Shown here in pieces: positions 32,670 to 43,077 of a stretch of DNA of 58,420 nt. Below the pieces are notes generated by a model. It worked only from the letters and a program-made list of their open reading frames with translations, was not told the DNA's origin and made no database searches. How positions within the stretch are numbered: position 1 is the first letter of the stretch; each line of letters opens with the position of its first letter. The position numbers were made by a program, and so were the translations under genes. The stretch is from Candidatus Omnitrophota bacterium (GTDB taxonomy: Bacteria; Omnitrophota; Gorgyraeia; Tantalellales; Tantalellaceae), in the NCBI GenBank assembly GCA_043813915.1, contig JBDRKO010000024.1:1-58420 (forward strand), written 5' to 3'.

Positions 32670-35600
32670 CTAATATTCCGCTTTATCATTATGCAGGATC
32701 ATCGCGGTAGTAGACTGTTCCGGTATCATCTGATACCCCTCGGTCAACTCTACCCCTATACGTTTTTCCGCGTCAAGCAAAGCGAATATCTTTATCTGTT
32801 CGGAAAGGTCCCTCCACAAAGGATATCCCGGGCTATAACGTTTACCTTGTTCTTTTCTCAGGCCCCATTCCGAACGTATACGCCCGTGCATGTATTCCGC
32901 GACCGCTTCCGCCAGATGAACGCTCATTCCATGAAGAAGAAAGGCTTTACTGACCTCTTTTTTTTCATTGAGCCGGGTTATCTCTTTGCCGATCTTTTCT
33001 CCTACGGTCACGGCCTGGAATACGGTTATATCGTTCTCGTTAAAATAATCGGATAAAGACATCCCGCCGGCGTAGATCCCGCCGTCAAAGCGCAGCACCT
33101 GCGCTTCCTTCCCTTTTCCGTCCAGTACCGCTATTTCTTTACCCCTCTTCACTGTCCTAAAATATCCGTAGACCGCTTTAAGGTCTAGCCAACCTTTTTT
33201 CAGAGCCTCTTCCTTCAGCTCCAAGAACATAGGGCCGCTTTCCTTCTTGATGAAATCCTCTTTCTCTTTTTCATCTTTCATCTTTATCCCCCAGGCGGAT
33301 CTGAAAAGAACATCCCGGTCTAACCGCTCAAATATCTCGTCCGCCGGAAGGTTCACAAGCACCCTTGTCCCGAAAAAAGGCGGGATGGGAACCTCTCCCT
33401 TTGTTCCTTTATTCATTGACCGAGGCGTTTTCACGTGATCGACCGCCTCTTGAGGACTCTTATCTTTCTTCTCTTGACGGTATTCTTCCATCATACGCCG
33501 CTTACCCGAAGGATCTTTTAAGGCCTGTATTGTTGCCAGTCCGCTGAAAGCGTCTTTTGAATAAAAGACCCCTCCCGGATATACGCTCCCATCTTTCAGC
33601 AGCGATATCTCTTTCGCGAAATACCTGTTCGTAGGGGCTCCTCCTATTAGAACGGGATGATCCAATCCCGCGTCATGCATGGCCTGTACGCATGTCTTCA
33701 TATGCCTTGCCGTAGAGACAAGAAGCGCGCTCAGACCTACGGCATCCACTTTGTGTTTTCTCGCTTCCGCTACTATCTTTTCTACGGGAACCTGTTTTCC
33801 CAGGTCTATCACGGAGAACCCGTTATTCTCAAGGATCATTCTAACAAGATTTTTTCCGATATCATGGACGTCGCCGAACACGGTCGCAAGCAGGACTTTA
33901 CCTCTTTTTGGACTTTTATCGGACCGTACGAATTTCTCGAGATACTCTATCCCTTTCTTCATGACTTCGGCCGATTGGAGAACATACGGCAGGACCAACT
34001 CTCCGCTGTTAAGCTTTTCGCCAACGTCCTTCATCGCGTTCATAAGTATATCGTTGAGTATATATTCCGCCGCGCGGGTCTCCATAGCTTCCTCTAGAAG
34101 ACCCAATATGCTTGTTTTGTCTCTCTCTATAACGCATTTTTTAATTCTCTCTTCGACGGTAAGGGTTTTTTCCTCGCCGGCATCTCCGCGGCAGGAAGGA
34201 CCGGGAGACCTGTCGGAGAAATGTCTGATGAACCGTTCTAACGTATCGCTCTTTTTATTAAAAATAAGGTCTTCCGCCATTTTTCGGTCTTCTACGGGGA
34301 TATCGGTATAACTTATGTATTTCGAGGGGTCTATTATAGCTATATCCAGACCGCACTTAACGGCGTTCCCCAAAAAAGACATGTTCAGTATCTCCCTTGA
34401 CGCGGGAGTAAGACCGAAAGACACATTGCTCACACCCAGAGAAGTAAATACTTCGGGATGAGTCTTTTTAAAGGTCCTTATCGCCTCAAAAGTATTCATC
34501 CCCGAATCCCTGTACTCGTTCTCTCCCGTTCCCAAAGTGAATGTGAGCATATCAAATATCAGCCGGGACGGATCAACTCCGCATTCCCGGACAGCCATCC
34601 CGTAAAGGCGTTCCGATATGTCTATTTTACGTTGCACGGTCTTGCCCATGCCTTTTTCGTCTATCGCCAGGCATATGACAAAACTGCCGTGCTCTTTAGC
34701 TAAAGAAAATATCCGTCTTGCTTTTTCACCGCCGTCTTCCAGATTGACCGAATTTATCAAGGCTGTTCCGGGATAATTTTCAAGGACCGCTTCTATCACC
34801 TCAGCGTCCGTAGAATCTATCATTACCGGTACCTGCACGCTTTCTCCGAGCCTTCTTATGATCGTAACGGCATCCCGCGATTCGGTATCTCTTTCGGTAA
34901 GAACGGCGCACACGTCGAGTATGTCCGCTCCCTGTTTCTGCTGGAGTTTACCCATTTCCACTATGCCGTCATGATCCTCGGCGATCAGCATTTTCTTCAT
35001 TTTACGCGAACCCTGGGTGTTTATCCTTTCACCCACTTTTATCGGCCTCTCCGCGCGTGTCAGATCTATTCCGCTGTAAAATCCCGCGCAAAAAGAAGCT
35101 CTGCGTCCGGGGGCGTCCTTCGGACGATCAATGACCGATCTCATTTCGCGTATATGTTCCGGCGTCGTTCCGCAGCATCCTCCTATAACGTTTATTCTAT
35201 ATTCATCCATGAACCTTTTGATGAGCTTCGACATCTCATCGCTCTTCAGCGGATATGAGACCTTGCCGTTCTTTTCTATAGGCATACCCGCGTTGGGGAC
35301 ACAAGATATGAACGCCTTACTGTTCGCATTAAGGAATTTTAGACCGCTTTCCATCTCCAGCGGACCAGTACTGCAGTTAAGGCCTACAACGTCGGCCCCT
35401 ACCGCCTCCATGACCGTCATGACAGCCGATACTTCCGTCCCGAGAAGCATCCTTCCGTTGTTAGCCAAAGTGCACTGGGCGAGAACAGCCAGATCTTTTC
35501 TTTTGTACCCAATGGCCGCTTTGGCGCCGTTAACCGCGGCTTTCATCTCCATAAGGTCCTGCCCTGTTTCTATCAGCAGAGCGTCCGCTCCTCCGTCTAT

Positions 35601-36056
35601 CAGGGCCAATGCTTGCTCATAATAGACCTCTTTAAGCCGTTTGTAAGTTATATTTCCCATAACGGGATCGTAGGATGACGGCAGTTTCCCCGTGGGACCC
35701 ATAGTTCCTACGACATATCTTTCCTGCCCGTCCGAAGAATACTTATCCGCGGTTTTTCTGGCCAGTTTAGCCGAAGTGACATTTATATCGTATACTTTGT
35801 CTCCCAAACCGTATTCCGAAAGCTTTATGGAATTGGCTCCGAATGTGTTAGTTTCCACCGCGTCAGACCCTGCTTCTAGATAATCGAGATGGATCCGGGT
35901 GACCATATCGGGACTGGCTATTGAAAGATATTCCATACATCCCGGGACCTTTCCGAAATGTTCTTCTTTCAGACCTATCTCCTGGATATACGTACCGAAT
36001 GCTCCGTCGAGCAGAATAATATCTGTCTGCAGCTTTTCTTTAAAAGTCTTGCTCAT
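32670..36056 (-). CDS. metH: cobalamin-dependent methionine synthase
   Basis: 1128 aa with four modules in order. Hcy S-methyltransferase (ILDGAFGT, GGCCGTTP). Pterin-binding domain. B12-binding domain (GDVHDIGKN). C-terminal reactivation domain. Confidence 0.95.
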   Translation of the reverse strand: MSKTFKEKLQTDIILLDGAFGTYIQEIGLKEEHFGKVPGCMEYLSIASPDMVTRIHLDYLEAGSDAVETNTFGANSIKLSEYGLGDKVYDINVTSAKLARKTADKYSSDGQERYVVGTMGPTGKLPSSYDPVMGNITYKRLKEVYYEQALALIDGGADALLIETGQDLMEMKAAVNGAKAAIGYKRKDLAVLAQCTLANNGRMLLGTEVSAVMTVMEAVGADVVGLNCSTGPLEMESGLKFLNANSKAFISCVPNAGMPIEKNGKVSYPLKSDEMSKLIKRFMDEYRINVIGGCCGTTPEHIREMRSVIDRPKDAPGRRASFCAGFYSGIDLTRAERPIKVGERINTQGSRKMKKMLIAEDHDGIVEMGKLQQKQGADILDVCAVLTERDTESRDAVTIIRRLGESVQVPVMIDSTDAEVIEAVLENYPGTALINSVNLEDGGEKARRIFSLAKEHGSFVICLAIDEKGMGKTVQRKIDISERLYGMAVRECGVDPSRLIFDMLTFTLGTGENEYRDSGMNTFEAIRTFKKTHPEVFTSLGVSNVSFGLTPASREILNMSFLGNAVKCGLDIAIIDPSKYISYTDIPVEDRKMAEDLIFNKKSDTLERFIRHFSDRSPGPSCRGDAGEEKTLTVEERIKKCVIERDKTSILGLLEEAMETRAAEYILNDILMNAMKDVGEKLNSGELVLPYVLQSAEVMKKGIEYLEKFVRSDKSPKRGKVLLATVFGDVHDIGKNLVRMILENNGFSVIDLGKQVPVEKIVAEARKHKVDAVGLSALLVSTARHMKTCVQAMHDAGLDHPVLIGGAPTNRYFAKEISLLKDGSVYPGGVFYSKDAFSGLATIQALKDPSGKRRMMEEYRQEKKDKSPQEAVDHVKTPRSMNKGTKGEVPIPPFFGTRVLVNLPADEIFERLDRDVLFRSAWGIKMKDEKEKEDFIKKESGPMFLELKEEALKKGWLDLKAVYGYFRTVKRGKEIAVLDGKGKEAQVLRFDGGIYAGGMSLSDYFNENDITVFQAVTVGEKIGKEITRLNEKKEVSKAFLLHGMSVHLAEAVAEYMHGRIRSEWGLRKEQGKRYSPGYPLWRDLSEQIKIFALLDAEKRIGVELTEGYQMIPEQSTTAMILHNDKAEY

Positions 36057-36078
36057 TCGTCTCCCATTATCGGTGAAC

Positions 36079-36118
36079 CGCCTGCCCAGGGCTTAAATTT
36101 CGAAGAAATCTGCTGGGG
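36079..36118. repeat. Copy 2 of the CGCCTGCCC..GCTTAAATTTCGAAGAA..GGGG module
   Basis: CGCCTGCCCAGGGCTTAAATTTCGAAGAAATCTGCTGGGG. Compare 14357-14397. Confidence 0.65.
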
Positions 36119-36133
36119 TGAAAAGTCTAAATA

Positions 36134-36237
36134 GACCATTGACTGTTGACCATGGACTATTGACCATTATGCGAATCTATAAATACTGATCTATTTGTCG
36201 CTAAAGACAATAGTCAATAGTCAATTGTCCATAGTCC
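36134..36237. repeat. Inverted pair of heptamer arrays with a 38-nt spacer (no ORF inside)
   Basis: 36134-36168 GACCATT GACTGTT GACCATG GACTATT GACCATT. 36207-36237 ACAATAG TCAATAG TCAATTG TCCATAG TCC. Confidence 0.9.
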
Positions 36238-36348
36238 GATATCGTTTCTGATTTCTATTACCATTCACCATCTAGCTTCTAGCCTCTTTTTTTCGGGCGG
36301 TTCACGAACCGCCCCTACTTCTATCTTCTGTCTTCTTCTCACGACGCC

Positions 36349-37131
36349 CTATATGATCTCCAGCGCCTCTTTCTTTATCCATCCGACCTTTCCGTCTTCA
36401 CGCCGCACTTTATACCAGTCATCTTTGTTCTCTAGGACCGAACACACCATGCCTTCATACAAGGTAAAGAACTTCGTCCCGGAATCAAAAGGGCTGAACA
36501 AAGCTTCCGTTTCAGACCCTACTATAACGGCTTTGTTACCGCTGACCTTATGCGACAATACAGCTGTCGTTACCAAAGATAACAATAGCAATATCACGGA
36601 TATCACTAAAAATTTTCTCCTGTTCCCGGGCATAGCTACAGCGCCAAAAAGCATAATGACCATCAAGACATAAAGAGCGGACGCGGATAGCGAAAGCTCA
36701 TTAGCCGTTAATGATCTTTCGTATGTTCTCAGCGGCATCCAGTTCCATATACTTACTACCGGATCTTTTCTGTTCCCTTTTATTTTTTCTTCCACGAACC
36801 TCAAATTAGCAGCCAGGTCGGAGTCTCTGGGTATAATAAGCTCGGCGCGCTCGTAGTTAAGCACGGCCCGGCCTAGATCCCCTTTTTTGAAATACGCGTC
36901 GCCGAGATTGTAATACACATTGCCGCTTTCATACCCTTCTTTCAGAATCTTTTCGTATGCCTCTACAGCTTTTTCGTAATCACCTGTCTCGTAATAAGCG
37001 TTACCTTCGGCAAACAGTGTCTTTACATCCGTACCGGCATAAGCCGATACAGAAGAAAACACCGTTACCCAGACCGCGATCGTCATAAAGAACAACATCT
37101 TTTTAATGCTCATTTTATCTCCGTGATCCAT
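36349..37131 (-). CDS. batE: BatE-like protein: TPR repeats, TM segments and C-terminal SH3b domain
   Basis: TPR region (AEGNAYYETGDYEKAVEAYEKIL, NLGDAYFKKGDLGRAV), two TM helices, and an SH3-like end (DDWYKVRREDGKVGWIKKEAL). Last gene of the Bat operon. Confidence 0.7.
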   Translation of the reverse strand: MDHGDKMSIKKMLFFMTIAVWVTVFSSVSAYAGTDVKTLFAEGNAYYETGDYEKAVEAYEKILKEGYESGNVYYNLGDAYFKKGDLGRAVLNYERAELIIPRDSDLAANLRFVEEKIKGNRKDPVVSIWNWMPLRTYERSLTANELSLSASALYVLMVIMLFGAVAMPGNRRKFLVISVILLLLSLVTTAVLSHKVSGNKAVIVGSETEALFSPFDSGTKFFTLYEGMVCSVLENKDDWYKVRREDGKVGWIKKEALEII

Positions 37132-37171
37132 GGATTTGATCCGCTATCTTTCAAGCGGCAATGAACTTTAT

Positions 37172-39010
37172 CTATATCCTGATCCTCTCTACCCGGTCTA
37201 TTATCTTTTTGACCATAAGGAACACTTTCTGAGGTTCTTCCCCTCCCGTCTCCGAAGACGCGTAACGGGCCCTCTCACACGCTGAGAACACTTCATTCAA
37301 CATCTCAATTATCTCGTCCTCACACCCGAAAACTCGCAAACGTTCCTCTGATGTTCTTGCGGTTATATTCCCTATCGCGATATTGAACTTACCCGACAAA
37401 TAACTTTGCAGGGTTTTGAATACTTCATCGTAGAACAGCGATACTTCACCCTTATCAAGGAACGATCTGGCTTTCGCAAGGCCCTTTCTCGCGGCCTTAG
37501 GGGCCTTCATGGAACGGGCGTATCTCTTATCGGTAAGCATTCTTTCTTTTTTTCTGTATGACGCGTAAAAAAAGGCCAAACCCAGTAAAGGTATCATCTG
37601 ACCGAACAGGAATACCTTATTATGATACAGCTCGCGGTCCCTCTCTCTAAAAGGTCCGGATCTTTCCTTTATGTGCACGATATCCATTCCAAGTTCTTCT
37701 TTAGGATACAAACGGGAGCCTATTTCTCCCGGGACGGACATCACTTTTACTCCGTCTCCCGAATCCGGCCTCGCGATAACAGTAATAGGGAAAGGTCCTT
37801 TTTTTACCGTCTCGTATCTGCCCGTCCTTGGGTTCAGAAAACTTAAAGATACTTCCGGAACTTCCGTTATTTTATGTGTTTTAGGGATAAGTATCTGTTC
37901 GTATACTTTTTTACCCTCGTCACGGGTAACCGTAGCCTCATAGGTCTTGAAATTGTCATCGATAGCTATCACAGGCGACGTGACCGTATCCAGATTGCCG
38001 TTGCCCGTTATTGTCATAGTAACGACTATAGGGTCGCCCACCTTTACATTCGGCGGTTTCACATATACGGACATATTAAAATCTCCCACAGCTCCCTGGA
38101 ACCCCGCAGGTTTTGATGTTTCCGGGAAAGGCAATATCTTCACATTGATCGGTTCGGATTCTACTTTTATCGAATACGTCGTATAACCTAAATTCCCTCC
38201 GAAAAAATCATCTATACTGAACCTCGACGTCTGAGCGGCGCCTTTTTTGACCAGGACCGTGCAGTTCAAACTAGCGGGCCCTATCAGATAATTCCCTTCT
38301 TTTATGGCGAAAAGGTCCTGTTCAAATGTCAGCGTGTCATAGCTTCTGCCGTTAACGTTCCGTCCGCTTCTTGTGGGTCTCTCTAATTCCCCCGCGGAAA
38401 ATCCTTCATGCGGATAGAAAGGATACTCTATATTCTTCACTTTTACCTGTCCGACATATAAAGACACCGAAACCGGAAGTTTTTCGTTTATATACACGCT
38501 CCGTTTAGGCACTTCGATCTTAAGAAAAACATCATTATTGTTTATATCTTCGATCCGTCTATTCGCGGAAGGATCGTAAGGCGCGGCCTGAGGCGATGAA
38601 GGCCTGGACTGAGAGGGAACTCCGCTGGACACCAGAACAACCGTATTGGAAGTATATCTCGCACCGTCATGAAGAACAGTGAACGGACCTATAGTGAATT
38701 TCCCGCCCTCACGCGAGACTACCAAATAAGTATGCGTTACGGACTGTGAGACTTTGCCGTTAACTATGGACATTTGTGTGGACGCCCCGACATATGTTAC
38801 GCTCACTCCGTTTATCGGAGGAGGTCCATCCGGACGCTGGACATTTTGAGCGCCCGTAAAAGTAACATAGAGGTAAACCGGATTCCCCATGTATACTTTG
38901 TCACGTTCAAGGGACGCTTCTAGCCTATTATCCTGCGCTAAAGCCTCTATGCTTAGGATCCCGCATATCGCCAGAGCCATAACAAGCATTATCATGTGTT
39001 TAAGTTTCAT
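37172..39010 (-). CDS. batD: BatD-like oxygen-tolerance protein
   Basis: Signal peptide, repeated beta-sandwich modules, a late TM helix (VFLFGQMIPLLGLAFFYASY) and a helical tail. This architecture and its operon position match BatD. Confidence 0.7.
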   Translation of the reverse strand: MKLKHMIMLVMALAICGILSIEALAQDNRLEASLERDKVYMGNPVYLYVTFTGAQNVQRPDGPPPINGVSVTYVGASTQMSIVNGKVSQSVTHTYLVVSREGGKFTIGPFTVLHDGARYTSNTVVLVSSGVPSQSRPSSPQAAPYDPSANRRIEDINNNDVFLKIEVPKRSVYINEKLPVSVSLYVGQVKVKNIEYPFYPHEGFSAGELERPTRSGRNVNGRSYDTLTFEQDLFAIKEGNYLIGPASLNCTVLVKKGAAQTSRFSIDDFFGGNLGYTTYSIKVESEPINVKILPFPETSKPAGFQGAVGDFNMSVYVKPPNVKVGDPIVVTMTITGNGNLDTVTSPVIAIDDNFKTYEATVTRDEGKKVYEQILIPKTHKITEVPEVSLSFLNPRTGRYETVKKGPFPITVIARPDSGDGVKVMSVPGEIGSRLYPKEELGMDIVHIKERSGPFRERDRELYHNKVFLFGQMIPLLGLAFFYASYRKKERMLTDKRYARSMKAPKAARKGLAKARSFLDKGEVSLFYDEVFKTLQSYLSGKFNIAIGNITARTSEERLRVFGCEDEIIEMLNEVFSACERARYASSETGGEEPQKVFLMVKKIIDRVERIRI

Positions 39011-39026
39011 ATGTTCTGCCTCTTCC

Positions 39027-40001
39027 TTACCAGTCTTTCACGACCACGGGCCGTCGCGCTTTCCTTTCCTTCTTTTGTTCGGCTCTCAAACTATCCTCTT
39101 CTTCTTTCTGCACCCTTAAAAGCATCTCTGCCTCTTCTTTGCTCATCTCCTGCTCGTTCCCTTCATCCCCTTCTCTTTTTTCTCCGTCTTCTTTGCCGGA
39201 TGACTTTTCTTTTTTATCCTTCCCTTTTCCTTCCTTATCTTTTTCTTTCTGTTTTTCCTGCTGTTCCTGGTTTTTTTTCTCTCTTTCCTTTTCTTCCCGC
39301 TCCTGTTCTTTCTTCTGCTGCTGTTTTTCTTTTTCCTTTTCTTCCTGCTGCTGAGACTGAGGCTTTTGCTGCTCTTGCTGCTTTTCCTTGTCTTCCTGAT
39401 CTTTCTGAGACTGTTTCTGCTGTTGCTGCTCGCTCTGCTGTCCGTCTTTTTCTTCCTGCTTTTGGTCCTGCTTCTGCTCTTGCTGCGACTGTTGCTGCTC
39501 TTTTAATTCCTTTACTTTTTTCATCGTCATTTCATAATTGTATTTTGCGTCAGTATCCTCCGGAGAAATATCCATGGCCCTTTTATAGTATTCCATGGCC
39601 TTTTCGTATCCCTTCATTGCATCGGAAGTTTTTTCGCCGCTCAGATCCTGCGCTTCTTGATATTTGCTGTTCCCTGAATTGTAAAGCACGGAGCCCTCTA
39701 TCCCGCTGTTCCCTGACGCCAGGGCGTTCAGAAAGGTCTCTTCGGCACCCGCAAAATCTTTTTTCTTATATAACGCCGCGCCTTTATTGTAAAGAACGGC
39801 CGACTTTCCCGGTTTTTGCAATAAGGCTTCGTCATATTTTTCTACCGCTTCATCGTATTTCCCGTCCTTGTAATACTCTTCTCCTTTCCTCATGTTACCC
39901 GAGAAAGTATCAGCGCTCGCCGCGGACGCGGCGAAGATCATCCCGGACAATAACACCAATATCTTTTCTATCTTGACTGTTGCTCTCTTTTTCCTATACA
40001 T
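39027..40001 (-). CDS. batC: BatC-like TPR protein with a long Q/E/K low-complexity tail
   Basis: Signal peptide and TPR repeats (GEEYYKDGKYDEAVEKYDEAL, NKGAALYKKKDFAGAEETF). Then ~140 aa of QQEQKQDQKQEEK-type sequence, ending VVVKDW. Confidence 0.75.
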   Translation of the reverse strand: MYRKKRATVKIEKILVLLSGMIFAASAASADTFSGNMRKGEEYYKDGKYDEAVEKYDEALLQKPGKSAVLYNKGAALYKKKDFAGAEETFLNALASGNSGIEGSVLYNSGNSKYQEAQDLSGEKTSDAMKGYEKAMEYYKRAMDISPEDTDAKYNYEMTMKKVKELKEQQQSQQEQKQDQKQEEKDGQQSEQQQQKQSQKDQEDKEKQQEQQKPQSQQQEEKEKEKQQQKKEQEREEKEREKKNQEQQEKQKEKDKEGKGKDKKEKSSGKEDGEKREGDEGNEQEMSKEEAEMLLRVQKEEEDSLRAEQKKERKARRPVVVKDW

Positions 40002-40019
40002 GGTCTGATCTTTTCTCCC

Positions 40020-41024
40020 TCAGAACCGCTTTTTTCTGTCGCCCAAGAGCATTTCTATCATAAGCAGGATTAACGCCGCTCCGAGCGGTATCTGGTATCT
40101 CTCGTTATATCGTTTTTCCATTTTACTTTCGAAATCCTGTTTTTCGAGTTTTGATAATTTTTCCTCGTAGATCAGGTCCAGCCCGAATTCCGCCCCGGTA
40201 GAGCGTACGTACATCCCGCCGGTATCCATCGCTATTTTCTGCAACAGGCCCTCGACAAGCCTTGTTTTTACCACATTACCGTCAATATCCTTTAAGAACG
40301 CGCGTTTACCTTTCTCGTCGGTAATAGGTATAAGTTCACCCGCGGGATCCCCTATCCCTACACAGTAAATATCTATCCCTTCTTTTTCCGCGGCGCCTAA
40401 AGCTTCTTCGATCCCTCCTTCAAGATCTTCCCCGTCAGTTATTATTACAAGTATCTTGTGTTTTCCCTCTCCCCCTTCATAACTCTTTATGGCCGTATAT
40501 ATAGCGCTGGATAGCGCCGTCCCGCCTATCTGGACCGAATCCACGTCTACGTCATCTAAGGACAAAAGAAAACCGTCATAATCCACCGTGAGAGGGCATT
40601 GAAGGAACGCTTTTCCCGAAAAGATTATCAACCCTATCCTGTCGCCGTTCAGTTTCTTTACCAGATCTTTTACCGCCAAACGTGCCCTGTCGAGCCTGTT
40701 AGGCAGAACATCCTCCGCGAGCATGCTCTTGGATGTATCCAAAGCGATCAAAAGATCCAACCCCCGGCGTTTAACTTCCTGCCATTTAAATCCCCATTGC
40801 GGACGCATAAGCGCGATAAGCATAAGCAGGACAGAGAGAAGGAGTAGATATTTTTTCGTTCTTCTTTTGACCGGATCAAAGGAAGATGAGATCTCTTTCA
40901 GGACCTCTTCTGAAGCTACCCTTCTCAGGTTCCTTTCCCTGGCTTTTTCCGTAAGACGGTAAAAAACAAAAAACAGAGGTATTATCCACAGCCAGACCGC
41001 CGTATATACTGAACCGAATCTCAT
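40020..41024 (-). CDS. batB: VWA domain protein (BatB-like)
   Basis: Two N-terminal TM helices, a VWA MIDAS motif (LIALDTSKSM) and a C-terminal TM. Confidence 0.85.
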   Translation of the reverse strand: MRFGSVYTAVWLWIIPLFFVFYRLTEKARERNLRRVASEEVLKEISSSFDPVKRRTKKYLLLLSVLLMLIALMRPQWGFKWQEVKRRGLDLLIALDTSKSMLAEDVLPNRLDRARLAVKDLVKKLNGDRIGLIIFSGKAFLQCPLTVDYDGFLLSLDDVDVDSVQIGGTALSSAIYTAIKSYEGGEGKHKILVIITDGEDLEGGIEEALGAAEKEGIDIYCVGIGDPAGELIPITDEKGKRAFLKDIDGNVVKTRLVEGLLQKIAMDTGGMYVRSTGAEFGLDLIYEEKLSKLEKQDFESKMEKRYNERYQIPLGAALILLMIEMLLGDRKKRF

Positions 41025-42032
41025 TTAGGGAGTCCTCCTAAGAACGGTATTTGAGAGCACTATCTCCATCAAAAGGATCATCAGGGCCGGCACGAGAAAA
41101 AACGGGAAAAGTTCTTTGTAAATATTGTATCCTGTCTCTTCTATCGGCGTCTTTTCAAGTTCGTCTATTTTTTTATATATTTTTTCCAGTGATCCGGTAT
41201 CCGTAGCCCTGAAATATTCCCCGCCCGACGTATCGGCTATACGCCTTAAAAGATCCTCATCTATTTCTACCTGGATATTCCTCATAACCGTATTTCCGAA
41301 CATATCTCTTACGGGATACGGCGCATACCCCTTTGATCCGGCTCCTATGGTGTATATCCTGACTCCCAAAGCTGCCGCCGCTTCGGAAGCCGCCTCGGGG
41401 GATATTCGTCCGGCATTATTAACACCGTCCGTGAGAAGTATTATGATCTTCTCTTTTGATGACGTATCCTTCACTCTATTAAGCGCGGCGCTCACGGCCG
41501 ACCCTATCGCCGTACCGTCGTCCATCATCCCTATCTCTACTCTTTCCAGGTTCTTTTCCAGCCAATTATGGTCGAGCGTAAGCGGACACACGGTATACGC
41601 AAGTCCCGCGAACGCTATCATACCTATTCTGTCATTAGGCCTTTTTTCTATAAATTCGGCAACGACCTTTTTTACCGCGGCTAAACGGTCGACTTTTTTT
41701 CCGTTTATCTCAAAATCCATGGCCCTCATACTCGTCGATGTATCGACCGCCAGCACTATATCTATACCCTCTGTCCTCACTTGGGTCTTCTCTATTGCCG
41801 ATTGCGGACGCGCCAAAGCTATAATGACCAGAACAAGGGACAACCCGCGCAGATATATCATCTTTTGTGCCGCAACGCTTCTCAGGGAAGGCTTTATTTT
41901 TTTCACCGTGCGTATACTGTCAGAGAAACGGAAAGAACCCCTCAGATCGTTCTCTTTCCGGAGAAAATAGTGAACGCCTACGGGGACGAATAATAGCAAA
42001 AAAAGGAACCACGGAGAAGCCGCTCTTATCAT
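41025..42032 (-). CDS. batA: VWA domain protein (BatA-like)
   Basis: TM helices, MIDAS motif (VLAVDTSTSM), LLTDGVNN, and a C-terminal TM. Abuts batB with no gap. Confidence 0.85.
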   Translation of the reverse strand: MIRAASPWFLFLLLFVPVGVHYFLRKENDLRGSFRFSDSIRTVKKIKPSLRSVAAQKMIYLRGLSLVLVIIALARPQSAIEKTQVRTEGIDIVLAVDTSTSMRAMDFEINGKKVDRLAAVKKVVAEFIEKRPNDRIGMIAFAGLAYTVCPLTLDHNWLEKNLERVEIGMMDDGTAIGSAVSAALNRVKDTSSKEKIIILLTDGVNNAGRISPEAASEAAAALGVRIYTIGAGSKGYAPYPVRDMFGNTVMRNIQVEIDEDLLRRIADTSGGEYFRATDTGSLEKIYKKIDELEKTPIEETGYNIYKELFPFFLVPALMILLMEIVLSNTVLRRTP

Positions 42033-43048
42033 ACTTCCCCCTCTTCCCTGACGGCCGTCTGTCCGACAAACCTTTCGGCCAGATCAAAACTATCTATCAT
42101 TTCCAGTTTTGTAGGTCCGTATTTAGCGAACTTTACCATGTCACAATGAGACAGGAACGCTTCCAATGAATGTTTATGCTCCGCCGCAAGGAGCGGGGAA
42201 TATTTCGCCACTTCAAGGAACTCTTCTGTGGTCATTTCTACGGCCCTGAAGGAGAACCGGTTCTCCAGATAACGCCTCAATATCCCGGAAAGACGCGTAT
42301 AGTATTCTTCCACAAGACCTTTCCCGGGAAGATCCATAGCTTTTAAAGCGTTGAGCTCATTATACGCTGTTATGTGCGCCGGTACGGGAGGCGCTTCCGG
42401 CTCGCTGCTATTGTTCCCGCTCCGATATCTGCGCATAAGCAGGAAAACGGTTAGAGCCGCGAGAAATATACAAAAGATCAATATTATCCTTTTGAACATA
42501 TCAACGAACGGTAAAAGCCCTTTTATATCACGTATCTCCGAGCTTTCTTCGGTAAGAAGGCTTTCGACCTCTATAGGCACTTGGGAACTGTCCCGGGTCT
42601 GCCATTCATCATTACCCGGAGATCTGTATTTGACCGTAACGGGAGGTATTACGTGAGTTCCCGTATCGTATACGCTGAGGATATACACATGTCCCGTTCG
42701 CCCTCCATCCTGTTTTGACCCGGATAAAGAACGGGACCCTCTTAGGACAAAATCCCCGAGATTTTCCGGGGTATCGGGGAACACCACTTCACGCCCCGAA
42801 ACATTCTCAGCTTCGATCTTCAACTCAATATTATCCCCTATATTCACGGTATCTCTATCCGTTGAAACGGTTATTTTCAGGGATCCTTCGGCTCTTACCG
42901 GAACACCCGCAACAAAGACGGAAAGATATAACGCGGCAAAAAAAACATAGAAACTTCCCCGTTTGGTCAGGTATTCATGTCCGTGTATAGGTGCTTTTTT
43001 CGGCATTTTCTTTTTCCCTGTTCGATCTTTTACCGCGCCGCGCGTCAC
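42029..43048 (-). CDS. Bat-operon membrane protein (DUF4381-like C-terminal half)
   Basis: Exported beta-sandwich N-terminal half and a TM (IILIFCIFLAALTVFLL). The following segment, AHITAYNELNALKAMD...YYTRLSGILRRYLENRF, is typical of DUF4381 proteins in MoxR/VWA operons. ATGA overlap with batA. Confidence 0.55.
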   Translation of the reverse strand: MTRGAVKDRTGKKKMPKKAPIHGHEYLTKRGSFYVFFAALYLSVFVAGVPVRAEGSLKITVSTDRDTVNIGDNIELKIEAENVSGREVVFPDTPENLGDFVLRGSRSLSGSKQDGGRTGHVYILSVYDTGTHVIPPVTVKYRSPGNDEWQTRDSSQVPIEVESLLTEESSEIRDIKGLLPFVDMFKRIILIFCIFLAALTVFLLMRRYRSGNNSSEPEAPPVPAHITAYNELNALKAMDLPGKGLVEEYYTRLSGILRRYLENRFSFRAVEMTTEEFLEVAKYSPLLAAEHKHSLEAFLSHCDMVKFAKYGPTKLEMIDSFDLAERFVGQTAVREEGEV

Positions 43049-43077
43049 ATTCTCCGATATGGATATGTTCCCGGGCT

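Noticed and set aside
36057-36348. Expected a cobalamin or SAM riboswitch in the metH 5' region
   Set aside because: The gap is filled by the CGCCTGCCC module, a heptamer hairpin and a GC hairpin. No B12-box-like or SAM-I-like conserved core is visible.
38996-39976. 326-aa plus-strand ORF, the longest plus-strand ORF in the window
   Set aside because: It is antisense to the BatC-like gene across its Q/E/K low-complexity tract. The translation is L/F/S/P-rich low complexity with no motifs or RBS, so it is a by-product of purine-rich coding DNA.
41125-41970. 281-aa plus-strand ORF. Similar long antisense ORFs occur at 20674..21471, 33679..34311, 16029..16556, 22520..23035, 44495..45010 and 53876..54439
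   Set aside because: All lie fully inside well-supported minus-strand genes (batA, GH57, metH, glgC, glgA fusion, moxR, Lon-like). None has a recognisable motif or ribosome-binding site.
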